Position numbers and translations under genes: made by a program. Source: an uncultured Gammaproteobacteria bacterium (GTDB lineage Bacteria; Patescibacteriota; Microgenomatia; Levybacterales; GWA1-39-11). From it: a stretch of 64,000 nt of DNA. This document shows, piece after piece, positions 38,040 through 48,622 of this stretch. The notes below the pieces were generated by a model that saw only the letters and a list, made by a program, of their open reading frames with translations, had not been told where the DNA came from and made no database searches. The stretch is taken from contig CAZIAP010000001.1 in the NCBI GenBank assembly GCA_964537315.1, positions 121,149 through 185,148 of the forward strand, written 5' to 3'. The stretch's first letter is position 1, and the number at the start of each line of letters is the position of its first letter.

Positions 38040-39311
38040 ATGAATAAAAAAGAGGTGTCGTCATCATTTAGTCGCGTCGCAAGCGACCAATCAATATTAA
38101 GAATAAAAGGACTCTGGAGAATTACATCTTCTTTATCAGGAGCTTATACAAAAAAGCGCGTAGGAGAAATCATTGTAAATGAAGGATTTTCTCTATTAGG
38201 TGCGCACAGTGGTGATATCATACTAATAAACCCCGATAAATCATTTAAAATGATTGCACAAAAAGGTTACGAAAAAGATTTTTTAAATACTTTACATAAA
38301 GCTGACAAGAAATCTCCACTTTTGTCTTCTGAGGTAATTAAAACGGGCAAAGCCTTCTATATAGAGGACGCAAAAGGATTAGATAAAAAATACAAGGTCG
38401 CAAAAGAATTTATTGAAATGACAGGCTCACACTCTGCGGTACTATTACCTCTCATAATTAGAAATAAAATTATTGGAATTTTACAGTTCACATTTAAAGT
38501 ACCCCAGAAATTTTCGGGAGAAGATAAATTATTTATCAACACACTTGCATATCAATGCGCGCAAGCATTTGAACGCGTTATTGCGTTAGAAGATTTAAGG
38601 AAATCTAATAGAGAGTTAAGAAATCAAAACAGAGTTAAAGATGACTTTATCAGTATGGCATCTCACGAGCTAAAAACACCTCTGACAGGAATAAACCTAT
38701 TTTTAGATTTATTAACAAAGCAGTTAAAGACTGAAAAAAATAACAAGAGTACGATTTATTTAGAAAGAGTATTCGAGCAAGTTAAGAGATTACAGTTACT
38801 TGTTGACGACCTACTCGACTTATCAAGAATTCAAAAAAGAAAACTCACTCTCCATCCGGAAGAATTTAGATTAGATGAGCTGATACGTGATTTAGTGACT
38901 GAGTATCAATTAATAACCAAAAGCCATAAAATTATAAACCAAGATATAGATAAGGTTCTAGTCTTTGCAGATAAAATGCGTATTTATCAGGTGTTAGCTA
39001 ACTTCATATCAAACGCAGTTAAATACTCACCAGAAAAATCACGTATAACAATCAATCTAAGAAAAGAAGAACAATACGCTCATATTAGTGTAAAAGACGA
39101 AGGAATTGGAATCTCAAAAATAGATCAAAACAAAATATTTAATAGATTTTACCAAGTAGATACGACATATAGAAATGGTAGCCTGGGATTAGGGATGGGA
39201 CTATACATTTCATATCAAATTATAAAAGCACATGGGGGGAAAATTTGGGTACAGAGTAAAAAAGGGAAAGGATCGACCTTTTATTTTAGTCTTCCGATTA
39301 AAGAAAATTAG
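38040..39311 (+). CDS. Cytoplasmic GAF-domain sensor histidine kinase (orphan)
   Basis: GAF-like N-terminus; H-box (FISMASHELKTPLTGINLF); N box (NFISNAVKYS); G boxes (GLGMGLYIS...GKGSTFY). No cognate regulator is adjacent. Confidence 0.8.
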   Translation: MNKKEVSSSFSRVASDQSILRIKGLWRITSSLSGAYTKKRVGEIIVNEGFSLLGAHSGDIILINPDKSFKMIAQKGYEKDFLNTLHKADKKSPLLSSEVIKTGKAFYIEDAKGLDKKYKVAKEFIEMTGSHSAVLLPLIIRNKIIGILQFTFKVPQKFSGEDKLFINTLAYQCAQAFERVIALEDLRKSNRELRNQNRVKDDFISMASHELKTPLTGINLFLDLLTKQLKTEKNNKSTIYLERVFEQVKRLQLLVDDLLDLSRIQKRKLTLHPEEFRLDELIRDLVTEYQLITKSHKIINQDIDKVLVFADKMRIYQVLANFISNAVKYSPEKSRITINLRKEEQYAHISVKDEGIGISKIDQNKIFNRFYQVDTTYRNGSLGLGMGLYISYQIIKAHGGKIWVQSKKGKGSTFYFSLPIKEN

Positions 39312-39320
39312 ATTTGCACT

Positions 39321-41969
39321 CTAAGCCTTAAACTGAAGAAAATGTTCTTTTTTATTGAGAAACTTAATTATATCTATAATTAGGATAATCATGATTCCTG
39401 CTGATCCGGCAATTATCCAGCTAGTAACTCCGAGCGGTGTAGTTTCAAACATTTTTTGTAGAGGTGGAAGATAGATTATCGCAAATGATGTCATAAGAGA
39501 AATAAATGTTGCTAATACAAGATATTTATTAACAAACGGACTCCTTGTTAGTACTCCATACCTGAAAGATCTGAAATTATACGCGTTTGCAATCTGCATG
39601 ACAATTAAACTTGCAAGCACAGTTGTTCTTGCTACTTCTTTTGGAAGATCGAGAATATTAAATGAAAAGTACGTGATACACAGGATTATTACGCCCATTA
39701 TTACTCCAGTAACAATTATGATATTTAGAAACTCATTGGTTAAAATTTTAGCGTTTTTACGTGGTTTTTCTCTCATAATATCCTTAGATGTTGGGTTAAA
39801 TCCAAGTGTGATTGCAGGCATATTGTCTGTAACAATGTTGATAAGTAGGATTTGAAGTGCTGTTACGATTGGAACATACCAGCCAAGCCATGGTGCAACG
39901 ATCATACCTACAAATAAGATATAAATGTCGCACCAGTTGCACGAAAGTTGGTATGTTATAAATTTTTGAATATTATTAAATACAGTTCTACCTTCTTTAA
40001 TTGCCGTGACTATGGTTGCGAAGTTATCATCTTTTAGGGTTATATCAGCTACTGATCTTGATACATCAGTACCGTTTATACCCATCGCAACACCTATATG
40101 AGCCTCTTTCAACGCTGGTGCATCATTGACTCCATCTCCAGTCATTGTTACGATCTCTCCATTATCTTTTAAGGCCTTTACTATTCTTAGTTTGTGTTCA
40201 GGTTTAACGCGGGCAAAAATAACAACTCTCTGAACAATATTCAGTAGTTCTTCATCTGTAAGCTCATTAATTTCATCCCCTAAGAGCGTGTCTCCTTCAA
40301 GTCCAATTTGCTTCGCTATTGCTTCTGCAGTTATCTTATTGTCACCTGTGATCATCTTAACTTTTATGCCGCTTCTGAAACATAGTTTAATTGCGTCTTC
40401 AACCTCTTCTCTTGGAGGATCTTCCATTGCAGCAATTCCCAAAAATACTAAATCATCTTCTGAATAGCGTTTGTTTGTGGATTTTTCTATTTTATATGCG
40501 AAAGCAAGTGTTCGCATCGCATCTGAGGCAAAATTTTGATTAACCGATATGATTTCTTCCTTCTCTTTATTAGTAATTTTTACAATTTTACCGGACTTTT
40601 GTATTCTGGAGCAGTTGGAAAGTATGACCTCAGGCGCACCTTTAACGTACACAATTTTATCATCACCTTCTTGATGCACTACTGACATCATCTTTCTTTC
40701 TGAATCAAATGGCATTTCATCGACTCTTTGTAAGTTATTATCTTCTCTATAAATTTCTGCTTTAGAAGCTGCAATTAAAAGCGCGCCTTCAGTAGAAGAC
40801 CCGCTGACTTTGAAATTGTTATTATCTTCAAGTCTAAATATTCTGCTATCGTTGCATAGAACCGAGGTTTTTAGAAGCATAGATAGTTCTTGGTTTTTCG
40901 ATATATCTACTCGTGATTTATTTGTGTTATTTATTTGCCCTGCTCTACCATATCCTACACCAGTCACTTCGTAGGTGCTTCCATTTGAGTATATTTTTCT
41001 TACCGTCATCTCTCCATGTGTAATAGTTCCGGTTTTATCTGAGCAAATTACTGATGTTTCGCCTAAAGTCTCAATGATAGACATTCTATTGACGACTGCA
41101 TTTTGCTTGGCCATGCGATTAACTCCGGCTGCTAGTGTTGTGATAAGTACAACTGGAAAACCTTCAGGAAAGGATGAGACTGACAATGCGATTACCACAA
41201 TTAAGATATTAATTATTACATCAGCTGTAATGGTGTCAGCTCTTGCTATAAGTACAACACCAGTCAATACTGCGGCTGTGAGCCCTACGTAGACCATATA
41301 CTTTGATATATCGTTAACTTTATCCTGTAAAGGTAGGTGCTTTTCTGCAGTTGATATCATTCCTGCTATATTTCCGAATTTGGTATTCATTCCAGTATGT
41401 AATACTTGCGCAACACACTTTCCATGAACAATATAGGTGCCCATGTTAATTTCGTTTTCGTCTCTAAGCTTTGAAGAATTCTTAATTGCGAATTTTTTAA
41501 CATCAGTAGATTCACCTGTAAGTACGGCTTCGTTAACTTTTAGGTCCGTAGCATGGATAACTTTACAGTCGGCAGGAATTCTTTCTCCTGTTCGCAATAA
41601 CAATATGTCACCAGGAACAATTTCACTAGCTGGAATTTCTTGTTCTTTTTTATCTCTTATTACCCGAGCTACTGGTAAAATCATTTTTTTAAGCGCGCTT
41701 ATTGCCTTTTCAGCTTTATATTCTTGAATAAAACCTGTTAATACTACAATTGAGATTACACCAATTATTACACAGCCAGTCAGGCTCTTGCCTAAAAAGA
41801 ACGAAGCTACCATGGTTATCGTAAGCAGATAGACAACCATGTTTTTTTTAACTTGACGAAGAAGAATTTTTAACGGCGAAACCTTATTGATTTCTTGAAT
41901 TACATTTGGGCCAAATTCTTTTAGTTTTTCTTTTGCTTCTTGTGTAGATAGTCCTGTAATTTGCTCCAT
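39321..41969 (-). CDS. P-type (type II, Ca2+-ATPase-like) cation-transporting ATPase
   Basis: TGES, ICSDKTGTIT (DKTGT phosphorylation site), MITGDN and TGDGVNDAPALKEAHIGVAMG motifs. 10 TM helices. Confidence 0.9.
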   Translation of the reverse strand: MEQITGLSTQEAKEKLKEFGPNVIQEINKVSPLKILLRQVKKNMVVYLLTITMVASFFLGKSLTGCVIIGVISIVVLTGFIQEYKAEKAISALKKMILPVARVIRDKKEQEIPASEIVPGDILLLRTGERIPADCKVIHATDLKVNEAVLTGESTDVKKFAIKNSSKLRDENEINMGTYIVHGKCVAQVLHTGMNTKFGNIAGMISTAEKHLPLQDKVNDISKYMVYVGLTAAVLTGVVLIARADTITADVIINILIVVIALSVSSFPEGFPVVLITTLAAGVNRMAKQNAVVNRMSIIETLGETSVICSDKTGTITHGEMTVRKIYSNGSTYEVTGVGYGRAGQINNTNKSRVDISKNQELSMLLKTSVLCNDSRIFRLEDNNNFKVSGSSTEGALLIAASKAEIYREDNNLQRVDEMPFDSERKMMSVVHQEGDDKIVYVKGAPEVILSNCSRIQKSGKIVKITNKEKEEIISVNQNFASDAMRTLAFAYKIEKSTNKRYSEDDLVFLGIAAMEDPPREEVEDAIKLCFRSGIKVKMITGDNKITAEAIAKQIGLEGDTLLGDEINELTDEELLNIVQRVVIFARVKPEHKLRIVKALKDNGEIVTMTGDGVNDAPALKEAHIGVAMGINGTDVSRSVADITLKDDNFATIVTAIKEGRTVFNNIQKFITYQLSCNWCDIYILFVGMIVAPWLGWYVPIVTALQILLINIVTDNMPAITLGFNPTSKDIMREKPRKNAKILTNEFLNIIIVTGVIMGVIILCITYFSFNILDLPKEVARTTVLASLIVMQIANAYNFRSFRYGVLTRSPFVNKYLVLATFISLMTSFAIIYLPPLQKMFETTPLGVTSWIIAGSAGIMIILIIDIIKFLNKKEHFLQFKA

Positions 41970-42041
41970 GGGCAGTACAAATTAAACTATATCACAAGCG
42001 AAGTTACGTGTTCAATTACTCAAGAATATAAAAAATGAAGG

Positions 42042-42533
42042 TTAAATATACTTACTGTACATGAAGAAATCTTTGCCCCACCAATGTTTTTTTAAGATTG
42101 CCTCCTGTGCATATCCAACTTTTTGGTAGAATTTTTGTGCCAACTCGGTTGTAACTACTGATTTATGACAGTTATGTTGGCGAAATTTTTCTTCCGCTTC
42201 TATGAGCAGACTCTGAGCCACTTTCTTTTTTCGATGTTCGGGTGACACATACACCCAATGAACTACTCCCACCCCATCAGATGTATAGTGAGCAAGCAAT
42301 ATTCCTACACATTCACTATTTCTCATAGCTAGAAGTAGCATTCTGCCTTTTCTGTATCGAGCCATAAATAAGTGAAATAATGAGTATCTATTCTTTATCC
42401 TCTGACGTGTGTGCTTATCGTAAAGCATGAAATCCTCATCTACTGCTCTATCAAACATTCGAGGTAATGAAAGCATTTCTTTTATAGTGGGGATACAGAT
42501 TTTCGCATATCCATTTTGATTTATTTGTTTCAT
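42042..42533 (-). CDS. GNAT family N-acetyltransferase
   Basis: VSPEHRKKKVAQSLLIEAEEKF is the acetyl-CoA-binding Q/RxxGxG/A-like motif A. Confidence 0.65.
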   Translation of the reverse strand: MKQINQNGYAKICIPTIKEMLSLPRMFDRAVDEDFMLYDKHTRQRIKNRYSLFHLFMARYRKGRMLLLAMRNSECVGILLAHYTSDGVGVVHWVYVSPEHRKKKVAQSLLIEAEEKFRQHNCHKSVVTTELAQKFYQKVGYAQEAILKKHWWGKDFFMYSKYI

Positions 42534-42606
42534 AATACATAACTATAGTTCACCAAGCACAAAATGATGTATTAGAAATATAATAAAACTGCAATAAATT
42601 TGAAGA

Positions 42607-43518
42607 CTATCCGATGGTAGTTGAAAAACTCAGTAATGAAAGTAACGATTGTCGTTGTTTTGCGCTTAGTTCAAGCTCTTGTAACGACTTGTTACCAGTT
42701 GAAGAATACTCTTCTAATAGACCTTGTACTGCTTTTTTTGTAGCCAGTTTATCATTTTCATTTTCTGCAAGCAGGAGTTGGGCAGTGTTTGGCACATTAT
42801 TTTGCATATCAAGATTCTTGTCTTTGCCTGAATTCATCTCTTCACTTATATCCATCCAGTCATCTCTGAGTTGAAATGCCAATCCTGTTGCGTCACAGTA
42901 AGTATCGAGCATATGTATATCTTTGCCTGCTAGATGTAAACCAAATTGGATTGGATACATAAAGGTGTACTGTGCAGACTTAAATCTTGATATGTTCTTG
43001 CTTATTTGTTTATCAATATTTTTTTCCCAGTAAAACATCTCATAAAATTGTCCAATACATAAAAACCTTTGCATTTTACTGAACAAAGGCAAAAGCTCAG
43101 GAACGTGCTGTGCCATATACTCATTTGCTGCAGATAATAGGAAATCTCCTATCAATATTGCACCTACTTCTCCTTTTAAACCTTTATTATTAAATGCTTC
43201 GTGTATAGTAGGGACGTCGCGTCTCAACTTTGCCCCATCCATGATATCATCGTGTACAAGAGCAAATGTATGACACAGCTCAAAAGCAACTCCTGCGTGA
43301 ATAACTTTATCATTGACCTCATCTGCTCCAACAGAAATCAAAAAAGGTCTGATTCTTTTACCTGACCTTATGAATGGGAGTAAAGGTTCAAAAAAAGTTT
43401 TAATGATTTCCGTATCTATACCGTTATTATTTGACTGAAGGTAAAGCTGGTTCACAGTTTCCTCAAATTGAGGCTCAAATGATTTTATAAACTTATCGAA
43501 AAATATATCTTGCTTCAT
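42607..43518 (-). CDS. Polyprenyl diphosphate synthase (trans-isoprenyl diphosphate synthase)
   Basis: First DDxxD (LVHDDIMDG) and second DDxxD (QLRDDWMDI) motifs. Confidence 0.8.
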   Translation of the reverse strand: MKQDIFFDKFIKSFEPQFEETVNQLYLQSNNNGIDTEIIKTFFEPLLPFIRSGKRIRPFLISVGADEVNDKVIHAGVAFELCHTFALVHDDIMDGAKLRRDVPTIHEAFNNKGLKGEVGAILIGDFLLSAANEYMAQHVPELLPLFSKMQRFLCIGQFYEMFYWEKNIDKQISKNISRFKSAQYTFMYPIQFGLHLAGKDIHMLDTYCDATGLAFQLRDDWMDISEEMNSGKDKNLDMQNNVPNTAQLLLAENENDKLATKKAVQGLLEEYSSTGNKSLQELELSAKQRQSLLSLLSFSTTIG

Positions 43519-44243
43519 ACTATGTGCGAAAAAGGGTTAAAATTAGTTTTTTTATCATAATGGTCAATACCCTCTGCTTTCTTAAGCTTATTTACTATTA
43601 CATACGTTACAGGAGTAAATATCACTTCTGTTAATACCTTTAATAAATATCCTGAGAGAATTATTGAGAATAACAATTCAAGTGGTAGTATGTTATAAAA
43701 TGCAATAAATACAAAGATTGTCGTATCAAGTAACTGTCCAATAATAGTTGATCCTATGGTTCTTGCCCATAAATATTTACCTTGTGTGACGAGCTTCATC
43801 TTAGCCAATATTATGGAATTCACAAATTCTCCAACAATATAAGCACAAAGGCTTGCAATTACTATTCGCGGAGTTAAACCCAAAATGTTCATAAAACTTT
43901 CCTGATATGGCCAATCTGATGCAGGAGGGGCAAAACCCACCAAGATAAAAGTAAATGCCATCAATAGTGCGCATATAAAACCTATCCAGATTACTCGCCT
44001 TGCTCTGGCAAAGCCATACACTTCAGTCAAAATATCTCCAAAAATATACGTAAGCGGAAAAAGAAAAGTTCCTCCTCCAAACGATAGCGCGCTGATTGTA
44101 ATTATTTTAGTATCGGCAATATTTGATATAAGTAAAACAGCAACAAATAGTGCAGTTATTATGTCTAAATACTTAAATGATTTCACGGACCTATTATACA
44201 AGATATAAAGCTTACTTTCAGTATTATTGCGAATTAAGTACAA
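43515..44243 (-). CDS. YhhQ/DUF165 family queuosine-precursor (VUT) transporter
   Basis: FPLTYIFGDILTEVYGF and the ...TIGSTIIGQLLDTTIFV motifs characteristic of YhhQ. Confidence 0.8.
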   Translation of the reverse strand: MYLIRNNTESKLYILYNRSVKSFKYLDIITALFVAVLLISNIADTKIITISALSFGGGTFLFPLTYIFGDILTEVYGFARARRVIWIGFICALLMAFTFILVGFAPPASDWPYQESFMNILGLTPRIVIASLCAYIVGEFVNSIILAKMKLVTQGKYLWARTIGSTIIGQLLDTTIFVFIAFYNILPLELLFSIILSGYLLKVLTEVIFTPVTYVIVNKLKKAEGIDHYDKKTNFNPFSHIV

Positions 44244-44321
44244 GTTTCCAGGTAGCAGTTTATAAAATTAAAAAACCTTTTATCGGAAGACTAATTAAAG
44301 CATGTGGTCAATGTGGGGTGT

Positions 44322-44618
44322 TTAGGTATTTGAAGGTTTTGAAAAAATTTGATACGCGGTTAAAAATCCAAGAGATGCTGCAATGGCAATAGAAAGTGAG
44401 GTTAGATCAATACCGTGTAACCCTATTCCATATAAGACAGTTGCAAAAGCTCCTCCTGCTACAGCCCCTAGAATTCCTAGCGCACACGCAGCAAAAAGGC
44501 TGAGCTGAGATTTGCCTGCACTCATTAAATGAGCTGCTCCGCCAGCAACAATTCCAAAAGAAATCCAGGTAACGAGGTTTATCCACGATATGCTAATTTC
44601 TGTAAATGATAATTCCAT
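44322..44618 (-). CDS. Small membrane protein, possibly GlsB/YeaQ/YmgE-like
   Basis: FGIVAGGAAHLM...GILGAVAGGAFATVL repeats of the GxxxG type. Confidence 0.4.
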   Translation of the reverse strand: MELSFTEISISWINLVTWISFGIVAGGAAHLMSAGKSQLSLFAACALGILGAVAGGAFATVLYGIGLHGIDLTSLSIAIAASLGFLTAYQIFSKPSNT

Positions 44619-44730
44619 ACAATAAGTTTATAAGCGATATAAAAATCTACTGGAAAAAAATGGTAAGAACAAGACAAGAATAAATGCTAGATTGTACTTG
44701 TAATACTTGTTCTGGTATAGTGTTGGCATT

Positions 44731-46179
44731 ATGCAGCTGCCCGAAAAACTTGCTTTTGTTGATATTGAAACTACAGGCGGTAGATCACAATTTGACAGAA
44801 TCATTGAAATAGGAATCGTACGTGTAGAAAATAATAAAGTGGTTAAAAAATACCAATCACTTTTAAATCCAGACACATATGTCTCACCGTTTATTGAGCA
44901 ACTTACAGGAATTACTTCAAAAGAACTGGAACGAGCCCCAACGTTTTATGAAGTAAAAGACGAGATATTAGATATTTTAAAAGACTGTATTTTTGTAGCA
45001 CATAATGTGAGATTTGATTATGGTTTTTTGAAAAGTGAATACAAACGTTATTTAACTAACTTTTCATTGAAGCACTTCTGTACTGTAAAACTCTCGCGAG
45101 CTCTGTTTCCTGAACATAGGCATCATAACCTTGATGCAATAATTGATCGTTTTGGTTTTACTTGTGATAATCGCCACCGAGCCTTAGGAGATGCAGAAGT
45201 AATATGGAACTTTTACTCGCATTTGCAGAAACATACTAGCCAAGATGTTTTTTATCAAGCACTGCAAACTGCATTAAAGAGACCATCAAGGCCGGTTAAT
45301 ATTACCGAAGATATGATTGACGCATTGCCAGAGTCTCCTGGTGTTTACATTTTTCAGGATAAAGCCGGTTCACCTCTTTATATCGGTAAGAGTATTAATA
45401 TTCGTGACCGTGTTCTCTCACATTTTTCTTCTGACACAGAGTCGACAAGGGAAAGGGAAATTTCAGAGCAAACACATCACATCGAAACAATTGTCACTGC
45501 AGGTGAACTTTCTGCACTGTTTCTGGAGTCAAAGCTAATCAAAGAAATGCAACCTTTATATAACCGTAAGCTTCGTTATAAACGAAAGTTATTTGTAATT
45601 TGTAAAGCGGTGAGCGATAGCGGTTATGATACAGTGCAGATTCAGGAAATGGAAAAACTGACTATGGGTGATCTAGGCAGCATTCTAGCTATTGTTAGGT
45701 CCAAAAAGAAAGCCGTTACTCTACTCCACGATTTGGCTAAACAGCATAAACTTTGTACGAAAGTATTAGGCGTAGAACACTCCTCTAAGTCATGTTTTGC
45801 GTATAGACTGGGGTGGTGTAAAGGGGCGTGTGTAGGAAATGAGTCGCCATTAACATACAATCTTCGTATGCTCACTGCTTTTTCAGAATATAAAATAAAG
45901 AAATGGCCATTTGATGGACCTATTCTGATACATGAAGAGAATGTGTTTGATGAAAAAGCTGTTGGATATATTTTTGACTCTTGGTGTTATCTAGGAAATT
46001 GTGAAGCTAATACTGGCTGTAACGTGAGTTCTCAGTACACCTTTGACCACGATATGTACAAGATCTTAGTGCAATTTTTAAAAAATCCTAAGAACTATAA
46101 AAAAATTAAAAAGATTTCTGATATTTCATTACCTGTATCTATTCCACAAGCATCTTTAACAGAAACTATAAAAATCTAG
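44731..46179 (+). CDS. DnaQ-like 3'-5' exonuclease fused to a UvrC-like GIY-YIG nuclease domain (Cho/UvrC-homolog-type)
   Basis: Exo motifs FVDIETTG, VAHNVRFDYGFL and HRALGDAEV, then GIY-YIG (PGVYIFQDKAGSPLYIGKSINIRDRVLSHF) and a UvrC-like central region. Start placed at MQLPEKLAFVDIETTG. Confidence 0.7.
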   Translation: MQLPEKLAFVDIETTGGRSQFDRIIEIGIVRVENNKVVKKYQSLLNPDTYVSPFIEQLTGITSKELERAPTFYEVKDEILDILKDCIFVAHNVRFDYGFLKSEYKRYLTNFSLKHFCTVKLSRALFPEHRHHNLDAIIDRFGFTCDNRHRALGDAEVIWNFYSHLQKHTSQDVFYQALQTALKRPSRPVNITEDMIDALPESPGVYIFQDKAGSPLYIGKSINIRDRVLSHFSSDTESTREREISEQTHHIETIVTAGELSALFLESKLIKEMQPLYNRKLRYKRKLFVICKAVSDSGYDTVQIQEMEKLTMGDLGSILAIVRSKKKAVTLLHDLAKQHKLCTKVLGVEHSSKSCFAYRLGWCKGACVGNESPLTYNLRMLTAFSEYKIKKWPFDGPILIHEENVFDEKAVGYIFDSWCYLGNCEANTGCNVSSQYTFDHDMYKILVQFLKNPKNYKKIKKISDISLPVSIPQASLTETIKI

Positions 46180-46397
46180 ACTTGTCTCATAATAAATTTG
46201 AGTGTTTATGATCTGGTAGTTTCTATTAATATTCGGTTTACTTTCAAGTAATTTTCTACTATATTTATATCACTTATGTTAGTCCCTGCCCTTAAAAAAA
46301 TAGTACGCATGTATGCATACTGGATACTGAGTTAATTTATCAATCATTGTTTATTACAGAGGTCTGTACTCTGTAATATTACTGTTCATTATCTGAT

Positions 46398-46658
46398 ATG
46401 AATACAAAAGTAAATGAAAAAATAAAAGTAGTTACGCTTTTTGATCCTTATGCTCATGTAAATAAACCTCTCCTTTTAAAATGGAACTCAAGAATATATA
46501 AAATTACAAAACTTGGTTTCCATCACAAATATAAGCAAGGCAGGACACTTATACATATTTTTTCAGTGACAGACGGCTCTACTTTTTTTCGTATTAAATT
46601 TGATACAGACACTCTAGATTGGGTATTGGAGGAAATATACGATGGAACTTCCCATTAA
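46398..46658 (+). CDS. Small protein overlapping the polymerase start; candidate YolD-like accessory protein
   Basis: 86-aa ORF with a 17-nt overlap onto the Y-family polymerase gene, the position YolD/UmuD-like partners occupy in Gram-positive-type operons. Assignment is by position only. Confidence 0.3.
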   Translation: MNTKVNEKIKVVTLFDPYAHVNKPLLLKWNSRIYKITKLGFHHKYKQGRTLIHIFSVTDGSTFFRIKFDTDTLDWVLEEIYDGTSH

Positions 46659-47898
46659 CGAAGCAGAGCCAAAAGTTATGCATATTGATTTAAACTCTTG
46701 TTTTGCGACAGTGGAACAACAGGCAAATCCTTTGATACGTAATAGGCCCGTTGCAGTTGCTGCAGGTATTGCTGAAGCATGTTGTGTGATATCACCATCC
46801 TATGAAGCTAAAAGAATGGGAGTTAAGGTGGGATTTAGGGTAAGAGACGCAAAAGCGGTGTGTCCTGATATCATAATACTTCCTCCTGATCCTCCTAAGT
46901 ACCGTGCCGTGCACTTATTGTTTTCTAAAATATTTAAAAGCTACTCGCCAAACGTTGTTCCTAAATCTATAGATGAAGCAATAATTGATTTTGCAGGAAC
47001 TAAGTATTTAGAAATTGGACTGGAAAAAGTAGGAATGGAGATTAAGCACAGAATGAAGTCAGAAATAGGTGACTATATAACCTGCAATATAGGTATCGGA
47101 ACAAACAGGTTCTTAGCAAAGACAGCCGCATCGCTACATAAACCTGATGGTATGGATACTATTACACACACAAATCTTCGTGAAGTATTTGAGACATTAG
47201 AATTAATAGACCTTTGTGGAATAAATACACGATTTCAGGCACGTCTTTTTGTCGCGGGAATTTCAAATCCTATCCAATTTTTAGATACTTCAGCATTTAA
47301 ACTGAAATCAGAAGTATTTAAGAGTGTAGAAGGATACAGATGGTACATGAGACTGAGAGGCTGGGAAGTAGATAATGTTGAATGGGGAAGAAAAACTTAT
47401 GGTCAGTCTTATGCATTGAAAGAGTTTACAAATGACATATCAATACTTGCCCCACTGCTTATGAAGCTCTGTGAAAAAATGGGAAGAAGACTCAGACGAG
47501 GAGGATATTACGCATCAGGTATACATGTTGGATGCATATATGAAAAATCCGAGTACTGGCATGAGGGAAGAAAGGTTGATAAGAAGCTATATAACACCAC
47601 AGATATATATAAAGAAGCAATCAAATTGCTGGCAAAAGCTCCTATGAAACAGACAGTTTCGCATTTAATGGTTAACTGCTACAATCTTTCTCCATTGTCT
47701 ATAATGCAGCTGGAACTGGACGATACTGAGAGACAAAAAAAATGGAGACTGAGCAGCTCTATGGATATGGTAAATGATCGTTATGGAGAGTATGTAGTTA
47801 CACCTGCCTTAATGATGGGACTAAATGACAAAGTTATAGACCGGGTTCCGTTCGGAGGTGTCAAAGAATTAGAAGATATTTATGGCAGACAAGTTTAA
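46642..47898 (+). CDS. dinB: Y-family DNA polymerase (DinB/Pol IV-like)
   Basis: MHIDLNSCFATVEQ catalytic motif, SIDEA, and the palm/finger/little-finger organisation. Confidence 0.85.
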   Translation: MELPINEAEPKVMHIDLNSCFATVEQQANPLIRNRPVAVAAGIAEACCVISPSYEAKRMGVKVGFRVRDAKAVCPDIIILPPDPPKYRAVHLLFSKIFKSYSPNVVPKSIDEAIIDFAGTKYLEIGLEKVGMEIKHRMKSEIGDYITCNIGIGTNRFLAKTAASLHKPDGMDTITHTNLREVFETLELIDLCGINTRFQARLFVAGISNPIQFLDTSAFKLKSEVFKSVEGYRWYMRLRGWEVDNVEWGRKTYGQSYALKEFTNDISILAPLLMKLCEKMGRRLRRGGYYASGIHVGCIYEKSEYWHEGRKVDKKLYNTTDIYKEAIKLLAKAPMKQTVSHLMVNCYNLSPLSIMQLELDDTERQKKWRLSSSMDMVNDRYGEYVVTPALMMGLNDKVIDRVPFGGVKELEDIYGRQV

Positions 47899-48515
47899 TC
47901 CTCTCCGGCCGCTTCAAACGGAGTGATATATATTTCTCTATTTATAGGCAGAGGTGCTTCTTGATGAGGATCCTCACCTATAACTTCTTGTAAAAATTCT
48001 TCCCGAGCTGCTTGAAATATATCAAGCTCAGTTTGAGCATAAGAGACCTTACGTGTATTTTCTTCCATAGTGAGAATTACATTGTTTTCATGAGCTTTTT
48101 GTAAAATGTCGAATCTTTCTACTAAATCTTGAGTTCCTACATAAAGTAATTCCTTGGTCACTTTAACGTTTCCGGCATTAGCACTTCTTTCTGCTTCTTC
48201 CAACGCCAGATCTTCAACAGTTTTTTCTGATTCTTTTTTTGCTTCATTAAAAAGTTTTCTAGCAGCCTCAAGATCTCTTTCCTGTTTTGCTTTTTCAGCT
48301 TTTGCAAGTTTTGTTTCTACTGTAGCCTGTTTAATCTCACTTAGGTGTTCTAATTCCTGAGTTAAAAATGTACTTTGTTCAAGTGGGTTTGAAGCGACTT
48401 GCGCAATAACATCTGTAACTTTTTCCTCAGGGATTTCTTTGGCAGGTCGTGAGATACCGCGCTCAGCAGCAGATTTAAATAAACTACGTAATGACATTGA
48501 TTCAATGCTTTTCAT
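47895..48515 (-). CDS. Hypothetical coiled-coil protein
   Basis: 206 aa, E/K/A-rich helical. Overlaps the polymerase stop by 4 nt (convergent). No family recognised. Confidence 0.35.
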   Translation of the reverse strand: MKSIESMSLRSLFKSAAERGISRPAKEIPEEKVTDVIAQVASNPLEQSTFLTQELEHLSEIKQATVETKLAKAEKAKQERDLEAARKLFNEAKKESEKTVEDLALEEAERSANAGNVKVTKELLYVGTQDLVERFDILQKAHENNVILTMEENTRKVSYAQTELDIFQAAREEFLQEVIGEDPHQEAPLPINREIYITPFEAAGED

Positions 48516-48622
48516 ATGATATTACAAAAATAAAACGTATCGAGTATTAAAGCCCAAAAGGTGTAAAAGGGCCAGATATCTATCGAGAGTATATATATTT
48601 TATCTTAAGCGAATCTAGTAAA

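Noticed and set aside
39598-41727. ORFs 39598..39855, 40975..41292 and 41437..41727 (+) inside the P-type ATPase gene, and similar antisense ORFs inside uvrA (61119..61980), the large membrane protein gene (53648..54880), the kinase genes (10200..10693) and others
   Set aside because: They are fully embedded antisense or off-frame within long genes that have strong family motifs. They have no independent signals, so I treat them as spurious.
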